46,185 nucleotides of DNA, taken from the NCBI GenBank assembly GCA_037446635.1, contig JBBIIG010000027.1, positions 10,892 through 57,076 on the forward strand. The letters run 5' to 3'. Shown here one piece after another: positions 1-7,367 of the stretch. The position numbers and the translations under genes were made by a program. Under the pieces are notes generated by a model. It was not told where the DNA came from. It saw only the letters and a list, made by a program, of their open reading frames with translations, and made no database searches. Every line of letters begins with the position of its first letter. Position 1 is the stretch's first letter. Source of the stretch: a bacterium. GTDB lineage: Bacteria; Zhuqueibacterota; Zhuqueibacteria; Oceanimicrobiales; Oceanimicrobiaceae.

Positions 1-1536
1 ATCGGCCGCTAATTCTACCGTTTTATCAGCCCATGTAATCTTCGCTAATACCCCCTGCAGCACGCCCCGCCCCACGTTCTTCTCCCCGCCAATTGCCAGG
101 TCGCCAGTCCACAAATCTTTCAAGACGTAAAGCATCAGTCCGGGCGCCCATTTGATGTCTTCTTTATCGTAGTCGTTGACTGTTATCACGATATTGACGC
201 CACCTTCACCTGGCTTTTGCCACAAAGGCATCATCTCGAACAGCGCCCCCTGAATGGTGCCGCCGGTGAAGCGGTCGATTTTGATGCGGGTTTGCACCTC
301 CGGGCTAACGCTGCCAGGTTTGATAAAGGTTTCTTCCACCCGTAGGAGGCCTTTTCCGGCAGGATTATCCGGATTGCGTTCGTCTATTCTTCCATCGTCT
401 ATCGTCCCGTCATCAAGAATGAAGTCTTTTCCGGCAGGATTATCCGGATTGTTTTTCTCCACAAATCCGAACAATTTTTCTTTTCTAGCCCCAACTTCGT
501 CCTTATCCATTCCCAGAGTGCGAAGAATTTTGACCGCGCGATGCTGTATCGCGCCCATCACGGAAGTGCCCGGCATGACGAACTTCCCATTACTCTTGAG
601 ATGAACCGCATCGGGCTGCGCAGGATCGGCCTCGTAGGATTTGATGAGCAGGGAGCTTTTGATCTTGAACCAGGCGTCGATTTTGAAATCCTTCTGCGGA
701 ATCGTTAGCGGCGCTACCGAAGCCGGATCGAATGGTTTATAGCGGTTTCCGATCTCGCCGGAGAGCCAGGCGTAAACGTCTTCTCTCTCGCTAAAATCCA
801 ACTCTGCAATTTTAATAGAATCAGTTTCCACCTTCAACCGGCCAAAACCCTTGTTGGTTTTGGCGCCCAGGCGGATGTGTTTCTGCTCGATGCCCGCGAT
901 GATGGTACGAATGAACTGTTTGAAAAGGGTACGGTCGAACTCTATCGCCGCACCCGCCTCACTATCGGCAGCCATTTTCTTGCGCAGGGTGATTTCCAGA
1001 TCCAGGTTAAACGACAGCCCCGGCTCGATGATTTCGTAGGCGAATTTTTTCTGGTCTTCTGCAGTGTTGGTGTCATGATTAATCGCCACGCCGTCGCGAA
1101 TCTTCGTTTTGCAACCCCACAGCAGTACGTCATCGCATTGCAGGGCGCTTTGGGGCGGCTTATCGCTCTTTTTCTTGCCGCGCTGCCTTCCGCCGAAGAG
1201 GTAATCGAAATTCGCTTTGCGCTTTTCGTCTGGCTCTTTTTCCATTTCCGGCTCCAGGTAAGCGCGGAACACCCCGATCAGCGAAGTGGCGGGAATGAGC
1301 GGCGTTCCCCCCGGCGTGCTTTCGCCAGTGGGAGCTTTGCCGAATTTCTTCAGCCGGGAGGCCGCGTGGGCAGGAAGCGGCTGCACAACCGGCTCGCGCA
1401 GCACGTCCACGTCGCTGCGCTCCGATTCCCCGCTGCCGATAATCACCGGCGTCTCCAACGTTAGCGGAATTCGCCAGTAAATCTTGCCGACGACGGGATA
1501 GGGCTTCTTCATTTTATCGATATTATTGGTTGCCAT
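1..1536 (-). CDS. cas7: Type III-D Cas7-Cas7 fusion (two RAMP domains), 3'-truncated by the window edge
   Basis: Not in the ORF track; translated by hand. ATG at 1536, open frame to position 1. MATNNIDKMKKPYPVVGKIYWRIPLTLETPVIIGSGESERSDVDVLRE...PLIPATSLIGVFR...IRDGVAIN...KKFAYEIIEPG...IRLGAKTNKGFGRL (RAMP 1 with G-loop), then FKIKSSLLI...PDAVHL...VMPGTSVMGAIQHR...TRIKIDRFTGGT...LKDLWTGDLAIGGEKNVGRG (RAMP 2 with G-loop). Confidence 0.9.
   Translation of the reverse strand, partial: MATNNIDKMKKPYPVVGKIYWRIPLTLETPVIIGSGESERSDVDVLREPVVQPLPAHAASRLKKFGKAPTGESTPGGTPLIPATSLIGVFRAYLEPEMEKEPDEKRKANFDYLFGGRQRGKKKSDKPPQSALQCDDVLLWGCKTKIRDGVAINHDTNTAEDQKKFAYEIIEPGLSFNLDLEITLRKKMAADSEAGAAIEFDRTLFKQFIRTIIAGIEQKHIRLGAKTNKGFGRLKVETDSIKIAELDFSEREDVYAWLSGEIGNRYKPFDPASVAPLTIPQKDFKIDAWFKIKSSLLIKSYEADPAQPDAVHLKSNGKFVMPGTSVMGAIQHRAVKILRTLGMDKDEVGARKEKLFGFVEKNNPDNPAGKDFILDDGTIDDGRIDERNPDNPAGKGLLRVEETFIKPGSVSPEVQTRIKIDRFTGGTIQGALFEMMPLWQKPGEGGVNIVITVNDYDKEDIKWAPGLMLYVLKDLWTGDLAIGGEKNVGRGVLQGVLAKITWADKTVELAAD
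351..451. repeat. 26-bp perfect direct repeat (CTTTTCCGGCAGGATTATCCGGATTG) inside the cas7-cas7 gene, 75-bp period
   Basis: Copies at 351-376 and 426-451. Each encodes NPDNPAGK on the minus strand, and the frame is preserved. Confidence 0.9.
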
Positions 1537-1537
1537 G

Positions 1538-3292
1538 CTAATTCCCCTCTCCTTTTTTTCTCTTTTGCATATTTGCGAAGAAGGTAGTCATATACTCTTC
1601 AAACAGGGCTTTTTTGAATTGCGCGTCTTGAACAGAACCATTGCCGAGCAGCTCGGAAAGCTCTTTCTCCTCCACGTCTTCGATCCTCGGAAGCAGGGTG
1701 TCGAGGCGCAGATTTTCTAGGAAATCCAACAGCGTTTCCGAATTGCTGCGGCATTTCTGAAGATGGTTTCTGGCGCTGTCGCGTTCAGCCACTTTATGAA
1801 TTGCCACGGTAAAACGTTTTTCAAAATCGCCTTCCTGCAAAGCATACTGCACCAGCGCCTGCAAGCGGCTGATAAAGGAGCCAGGCGGCAGATGGCGGAA
1901 TGCTTTCTGCTTCTGCACCGCTTCTTCCCGGGCAAGTTGAAGGTAATGCGCCCTAAGCACGCTGCGAAATACCTCGTTGGCCGTCTGGGGCAGCGGGACG
2001 GAGGGTTTTGAAGGTTTTTTCCCTTCCCTCTCATCCCGCTTTTTGGCGGTGACGTTTTGAATTGATCCCTTCTCATTCGAGGGCTTTTGCTGCCAGTTGA
2101 TCGCCACGCGGCCGAATCCTTCGTTGCGCCGGATGCCCAGGCCGTCTCTCTGCAGGGCGGCAAGCGCTTCCGGTATATCTTTGCTAACAGCCTTGTTAAC
2201 CTGAATTTTGAAGCAACTGCCCATTTGCAAGGCCGCCACCGAGGGCTTCCGCGCTTTCCACACCGCAACGTAATTTTCCAACTCCACCGGGCGGGCAAAA
2301 GTCTTCTCAATTATCAAGTCCTGAGGCGCTACAGTCAGGCTTTGGTTTTGCGACAGCAGGCGCACCTGTTTTTCCAACGCCTGCGCCAGGTTGGTTTGCA
2401 AGGTTTTCTCATCCGCCCGGGAAAAACCGTGCTCGTTGAGCAGAATGGTATGGGAGAGGCAGGTAAGGGTGAAATAGCTCGCCCCCTGGTCGTCTTCTTT
2501 TAAGGAAACCGGAAGGGGAGGAGGATTGGGCCTCTTCGCCCGGGCGGTTTGGGCTTCCGGCTCTCCATTTTCACTTTCCACCTCCCCATAAAGGGTTAAG
2601 GCGAGTTCATTAACTTCTTCGATTTGGGCATTCTCAAAATTCACTTCCACCTGGCCGTACTGGGTGGTTTTCGAACGACCCAAGCGGGCGATAAACTTTT
2701 TGTCTTTAAATGAGTTTAGAAAATCCTTGAGTTCGGCTTCTTCACCCACGATGAGCGCTTTGAATTTTTGAAAGGGCAGCAGGTATTCGTAATTGAAAAT
2801 GATGCTCTTCTCACTCCGGCCTACCAGTTGATCATCTCTTTCATGATGGAAACTGAAGGCGCTGTTTACCGGGACGGTCTCAAGTCCAATATCGTGAACC
2901 ACGTAAAACCCGCCGGGGTGCTTGTCCCCTTTACCTTCATAAAGGCCCTCATAAAAGGGCGCTTTGTCCGGCTTCATGGTATCTTCTTTGAAGTGTTGCA
3001 GGGAAAGGGGAAGGGGCAGGGATCGCTGCCCGGTGGGGCTTAGCTTGTAGCCGTTTAGAAAGCGCAGGGCGTCGCTGAGAAACCATTTTTTGAACCGGTC
3101 GCTAGGTTTTTCACGGGTGTGTTCCGGATCTTTGGTACGGTGCAGGTATTCGCCAGCGAACATGCCTAACAAAGAGCTTCCGGAAAGGTAATGCTCGCTC
3201 ATTTGAATGTTCTCATCGCCCACGGTGCTGGTAATGAGCACCGGGGAGAGCAGCTCGATGGTATATTGAAGTTGTTTTAAATCGGAGGACAT
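1538..3292 (-). CDS. csx10: Type III-D Csx10/Cas5-family RAMP with a C-terminal helical (Cas11-like) domain
   Basis: N-terminal RAMP start YTIELLSPVLI..YLSGSSLLGMFA, LPLPLSL, LGRSKTTQYGQV, second half FTLTCLSHTIL, G-loop GLGIRRNEGFGRVAIN, then an ~130-aa helical tail. RBS GAGGA upstream. Lies between cas7 genes. Confidence 0.85.
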   Translation of the reverse strand: MSSDLKQLQYTIELLSPVLITSTVGDENIQMSEHYLSGSSLLGMFAGEYLHRTKDPEHTREKPSDRFKKWFLSDALRFLNGYKLSPTGQRSLPLPLSLQHFKEDTMKPDKAPFYEGLYEGKGDKHPGGFYVVHDIGLETVPVNSAFSFHHERDDQLVGRSEKSIIFNYEYLLPFQKFKALIVGEEAELKDFLNSFKDKKFIARLGRSKTTQYGQVEVNFENAQIEEVNELALTLYGEVESENGEPEAQTARAKRPNPPPLPVSLKEDDQGASYFTLTCLSHTILLNEHGFSRADEKTLQTNLAQALEKQVRLLSQNQSLTVAPQDLIIEKTFARPVELENYVAVWKARKPSVAALQMGSCFKIQVNKAVSKDIPEALAALQRDGLGIRRNEGFGRVAINWQQKPSNEKGSIQNVTAKKRDEREGKKPSKPSVPLPQTANEVFRSVLRAHYLQLAREEAVQKQKAFRHLPPGSFISRLQALVQYALQEGDFEKRFTVAIHKVAERDSARNHLQKCRSNSETLLDFLENLRLDTLLPRIEDVEEKELSELLGNGSVQDAQFKKALFEEYMTTFFANMQKRKKGEGN

Positions 3293-3371
3293 AGTTTGAT
3301 TTCCTCATCAATAATTATTCTGATGGACGTGTGAGTGAACACCAACGCGATAGCTTTCTAACTCGTTATAC

Positions 3372-4097
3372 TTATCTCGTCTGTGCTTCTGTCGCCTGCA
3401 AACCAAACCTCTGTCTGATTTCCAATAGCGCCTTTTCGGTCAGATCTTGGTTATCATGGCTCAACAAGCGGCACCGCACTTGCCCCAATCCGCGGTTGCG
3501 CTTGCCGCCCAGGGCGCGCATTACCCCGCTGGCCAGGGCGAGCAGGGTTTCGTAATCGCTATTCGCCGGAGAAATTTCCACCCGGCTAAAGAACTGTTGG
3601 TGGCGATTGAGCACCCGGGAAGTGCGCAGGGCGCCTTTCGCCGCAACACCTTGTTCATTAATGGCGGTCTGCTGCCGCAGATGGGTGAAGGTTTCCATTA
3701 CCCGGGCGCGGGTCATAATTGGGGCAGCGTCGGATTTCTGCTTAACTTTCCGCTTCGCGCTTCGTTCCGCCCACTCCAGCCACTGCCGGGTTTGCTGGTA
3801 ATCGGTCAGGTAAGCATTTTCTACCGAGAGCGGCGACGATTGAATATCCCCGCGATTGCCAAACAAGCAGGGCACGTCAGTTTCGGTGAACAGGGGTTTA
3901 GAAGCGCCCCACAGCGGGGCCAGCGCGCCGGTTACGTCATAGGCCATTTCGCGCAAAATGCCTTTGATGCGCCGGGCGGGAATGTAGGGCAGGCCGTATT
4001 CATCGAACACCACATCGCTGTCGATCATACCCGCCCAGCCTTCCCCGGAGCCGGGGCTGAGCGGTGAAATCAGGGTGATTTCTAAGGTGTAGGGCAT
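3372..4097 (-). CDS. cas7: Cas7 (Csm3-group) RAMP subunit
   Basis: LEITLISPLSPGSGEG..IDSDVVFDEYGLPYIPARRIKGILRE, QTAIN..G.A..GALRT, G-loop LGGKRNRGLGQVRC; RBS AAGGAGG. Confidence 0.9.
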   Translation of the reverse strand: MPYTLEITLISPLSPGSGEGWAGMIDSDVVFDEYGLPYIPARRIKGILREMAYDVTGALAPLWGASKPLFTETDVPCLFGNRGDIQSSPLSVENAYLTDYQQTRQWLEWAERSAKRKVKQKSDAAPIMTRARVMETFTHLRQQTAINEQGVAAKGALRTSRVLNRHQQFFSRVEISPANSDYETLLALASGVMRALGGKRNRGLGQVRCRLLSHDNQDLTEKALLEIRQRFGLQATEAQTR

Positions 4098-4123
4098 CGG
4101 TTGCCTCCTTTTTTCGTGGCGGT

Positions 4124-4181
4124 TGGCAGTGGCAGTAGGCAGTAGCAGTCTAATGCGCCGCTGCCCATTGCTACTGCCTAC
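4124..4181. repeat. Palindromic element built from GGCAGT(A) units, between cas10 and cas7
   Basis: GTAGGCAGTAGCAGT (4135-4149) pairs with ATTGCTACTGCCTAC (4167-4181); tandem GGCAGT units lie upstream. Confidence 0.7.
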
Positions 4182-4199
4182 AACAGATCGCTACTATAT

Positions 4200-5879
4200 T
4201 TATTCTCTATGCGTTTCTCTCTTCGCGCCAGGTCTTTCGCAAGTTATAAATAGACAGTCGGGATAGAATTCCATGGCTTCGAGAATGTCATAATAAGGTG
4301 TTCTTAATTCTCCTTCAACGCTCTCCCAACCCTCGCTTTGCACTTTGGGAAGGCCGGCAATTGGAGGCAGCTTAAGTTTTCGCACCTCCATCATGGTGAT
4401 AAATTCTTCGGTTCTCTTTTTACCCAGGGCCAAAATCTCTTCTAAATCTTGCAACTTTCTTTTTGGCCAGCGCTCGATATCTTGTGATTGCGATGTGAAA
4501 TATTTGATGGCTTCTTTCAACTGGTTAAAAGCAGACCACTCTTTTTGAACTGTAATCTGCCAGGGTCGCCAGAGCAGGCTGGCGTTGCCAACGCGGTACT
4601 GGTCTTCACGCATCTCGCCAAGATTGCTGGGAAGCCCGCGATGGGAAATGTGAAAATCCAGCCAGGAAGTCTTTCCTTCGGAATGGTATTGCCGATACTT
4701 TTTCTTGGCGTTGCTGCAGAGCGCTTCTGCCAGCATGTAGCCGCGGTAGAAGGGGTACTTGGTTTTGATGATGGCAATGCCGGCGCAGGAAGAGAGCCGC
4801 TTTTTGTCTTGACCCACATCGACTTCATTTTCTGCGAATGCGCTCATAAAGGTTTCAGCCAGAAAAAACGCCAGGCGCGAGTCGCAAATGAAGGTGACGT
4901 CGTCACCGTTGAGGATGATGGGACGCATCGGCAACAGTTCTTTGTCGCCACCCAGTTCTAATTTTTCCGCATCCAGCACTTCCTCTTTGAGCCTCTTGAA
5001 TTTTGCCAGCAATCCTTCCAGGGTTTTTCTCATGGCGCAAATGGTAGCTTTATCAACTTGCACAGATAATCGACGTTTTTGCGCTAATGTTGTGCAGGCT
5101 TTGAACATCTTTCCCATGTCGTTTCCATCGATATGCACGATGGCGACGTGGTTCTCAACATTTTCGGTTTGCCCCATGTTCTCTGTTTTCTCGGGAAATT
5201 CATATTTGCCTTTCAGCAAGCTCTCAAATTTCTTTTTAATTAGGTCGTTGGCCGGGTTGTAGTTGTCCAATTTGGTTTTGCTTACCGAGGAGATTTCCTT
5301 GATTGTTCCATCAGGGAAACGATGCAGGCACTCCGCGGCCAGGCCCGTAAGCTTGCACTCCGCGGTAAAACCATGCCGGGGCAGGGTGGTTTCGGCGATG
5401 TAGCGGCTTTTGTTTTCTTCCAGCATGGCAAACAAATCTTCAAAGACCTTTTCGCTCGCCTTCTCAAGCACATGCCGGGTAGTGGGTAGCAAGGCCACCG
5501 CCGGGCGAATGCCGGGCGCTTCTTTCAATAACATCCGCGTCCAGGTTTGAATGAACTTTTTGGCATCCTCTTCCCGGCGAAACATCATCAAAGCATTGCC
5601 TCCGCCCACGTAGCCGGTTTCCCATTGGCGCTGGGGGTGCTCATCCAGCTGGATTACTGCTTGCTTTTTTTCTTCTTTCCATTCATGGTATTGTTTTTCA
5701 ATATCTTTGTCAGTTTCTTCGGGAAAAACCTCCTTAAGCGCTTTGAGAATCCAGGTATCGTAGATTTGCGCCACCACGTGAGAGGCGCCCACATTGGATT
5801 TCAGCATGTTGCTGCCAAAAACGTAGCGTTGAATAGCAGAGCAATCTAATAAGCAAAGAAATCGGTCGTCATTAGCCAT
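4200..5879 (-). CDS. cas10: Cas10 (type III-D, short, no HD domain)
   Basis: D..IQRYVF.SN.LK.NVGAS N-terminus, YVGGGNA palm 1, C..TG, VAIVHIDGNDMG, RPIILNGDDVTF palm 2, CAGIA, PFYRGY.LAE.LC..AK, WLDFHI. Confidence 0.93.
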   Translation of the reverse strand: MANDDRFLCLLDCSAIQRYVFGSNMLKSNVGASHVVAQIYDTWILKALKEVFPEETDKDIEKQYHEWKEEKKQAVIQLDEHPQRQWETGYVGGGNALMMFRREEDAKKFIQTWTRMLLKEAPGIRPAVALLPTTRHVLEKASEKVFEDLFAMLEENKSRYIAETTLPRHGFTAECKLTGLAAECLHRFPDGTIKEISSVSKTKLDNYNPANDLIKKKFESLLKGKYEFPEKTENMGQTENVENHVAIVHIDGNDMGKMFKACTTLAQKRRLSVQVDKATICAMRKTLEGLLAKFKRLKEEVLDAEKLELGGDKELLPMRPIILNGDDVTFICDSRLAFFLAETFMSAFAENEVDVGQDKKRLSSCAGIAIIKTKYPFYRGYMLAEALCSNAKKKYRQYHSEGKTSWLDFHISHRGLPSNLGEMREDQYRVGNASLLWRPWQITVQKEWSAFNQLKEAIKYFTSQSQDIERWPKRKLQDLEEILALGKKRTEEFITMMEVRKLKLPPIAGLPKVQSEGWESVEGELRTPYYDILEAMEFYPDCLFITCERPGAKRETHRE

Positions 5880-5882
5880 GAT

Positions 5883-7181
5883 TTATTCTCCTAAAATGTG
5901 GTATTTGATATCATTCCACAGTTTTTTGGGCGTCAGGCTATCCGCACCCAAAATACACAAATTAGGCCGGCCGCCGGTATCGACCTCCAAGTCTTCCTGA
6001 ATCTTAAGAGCGACATCCGGCTTTAGAGCGGTAACCAATACTGAACGCGCCTCTTCTCCACCCATTTGTTGGGAACGATGCAAGATTTCAAATGCCTTGT
6101 TCTTACACAGACTCTCTTTTAAAGCAGTCGTAATGGAGATGCCGCACAACTGGTATCCATTCAAAATCACCAAGTCGATCTCGAATTCCTTGCTGGCCTG
6201 CTCTTTTTTGACCAGGCAATTTCGGTATAGATAGAAAGACAGGCCATCCTGGTCAATCTTCTCTAATAGCACATGGAAGACATAATCCTCCAGCCAGCCT
6301 CCGTCCAAATAGAGAATCCCTTTAACAAATTCTCCTTCTTTTTTCTTGAAGGCTGACTCGGAATCGGGAATCTCCAAGTATCCATCTTTTGTAAAGCGCC
6401 AGGCTTGTTTCTTTGGGAAGGCGTCAATCACTTCCATGGCGTAGTTATGAAAGGGATGGATTTCTTCTGGAAATGTGCGAATTCCATCTTCACGCTTTTT
6501 TAATTCTGCTTCCGAGAGCCCTTTCGGCTTTCTCAGCCGATCATAGTCATCGTAAAAAAACTTCCTGATTTTTTGATTTTTCCACACCACAAAGTCGTGC
6601 ATCTGATTTTGCAAAATGAGTCGACGCAAAACGGCGTTGGCTTTCGACCAGTCAGGCTGGGTAGCTCCATCTTCTTTACTTTTGTGCTTTTCTTCTGGCT
6701 GAACACAGCCATGCAATGCTAACAAATCATTGATGGTGATTTTGATTTCTCGGCGAAGGTCGGCAGTACTTGAACCATCGTCAAATTTAATCTTGAAATC
6801 ACGTGCATCCAAATAGGAAAAGGATATATGGCTGATTTTACCCATCTGGTGCTGCGAAGCTAAGGTTTGATAAACCTGCACGGCCATGTTTTTGGTACCT
6901 CCCGTGTAGTTGAGATGAACGTGCTCGTTGCTATCAAGAGGGAGACTTCCAATCTCTTCCTGTATCCTTATCGCGTGGCCGGGATCTGAAATCCCGTAGA
7001 GGCGATAGTCGAGGGTTTCGTTACGTTTCTTGAGTACATTCGCCAGGCGTTGCGCAATGTGGAAGGTATCCCGGGAATACACGGCCGTAATCGACGTGAG
7101 GCCATTCAAAAAGTACATAGCCGCAACATAATTGGGCACAGGATTGGTACCAATTAGCAAAACAAGGTGTTGAATATCCAT
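5883..7181 (-). CDS. can2: CARF-domain nuclease, DUF1887/Can2/Card1 family
   Basis: CARF motifs LLIGTNPVPNY and HLNYTGGTKNMAV, SYLDA; nuclease region GGWLEDYV, FEIDLV, GISITT, K.KAFE...R..QMGGEEAR. Immediately upstream of cas10. Confidence 0.82.
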   Translation of the reverse strand: MDIQHLVLLIGTNPVPNYVAAMYFLNGLTSITAVYSRDTFHIAQRLANVLKKRNETLDYRLYGISDPGHAIRIQEEIGSLPLDSNEHVHLNYTGGTKNMAVQVYQTLASQHQMGKISHISFSYLDARDFKIKFDDGSSTADLRREIKITINDLLALHGCVQPEEKHKSKEDGATQPDWSKANAVLRRLILQNQMHDFVVWKNQKIRKFFYDDYDRLRKPKGLSEAELKKREDGIRTFPEEIHPFHNYAMEVIDAFPKKQAWRFTKDGYLEIPDSESAFKKKEGEFVKGILYLDGGWLEDYVFHVLLEKIDQDGLSFYLYRNCLVKKEQASKEFEIDLVILNGYQLCGISITTALKESLCKNKAFEILHRSQQMGGEEARSVLVTALKPDVALKIQEDLEVDTGGRPNLCILGADSLTPKKLWNDIKYHILGE

Positions 7182-7345
7182 CCACCACTCCTCAGACTTG
7201 AGAGCGAAAAGACCTCACCACCAGATAATTCGCCAAACTGATCAGTGAAACCCTTAAAGCTCACTGTGAGATGTAACCTTGACTTTGGTTTACCCGGCGT
7301 TTAGTTAATGCGAAATTATCACATTTAACTATAAAATAAACAGTC

Positions 7346-7357
7346 GACAACGTTGTC
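7346..7357. promoter_or_regulatory. Perfect 12-bp palindrome GACAACGTTGTC, candidate operator
   Basis: Lies in the intergenic gap upstream of can2, next to an AT-rich tract with TGTGATAAT (extended -10-like) on the minus strand. Confidence 0.35.
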
Positions 7358-7367
7358 AGCATTAGAT

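Noticed and set aside
351..451. 26-bp repeat with a 49-bp spacer as a mini-CRISPR
   Set aside because: Only two copies, inside an intact coding frame, with no leader or typical repeat end.
254..1480. Plus-strand ORFs (116, 195 aa etc.) in the ORF track
   Set aside because: Antisense shadows of the minus-strand cas7-cas7 gene, which has clear RAMP motifs.
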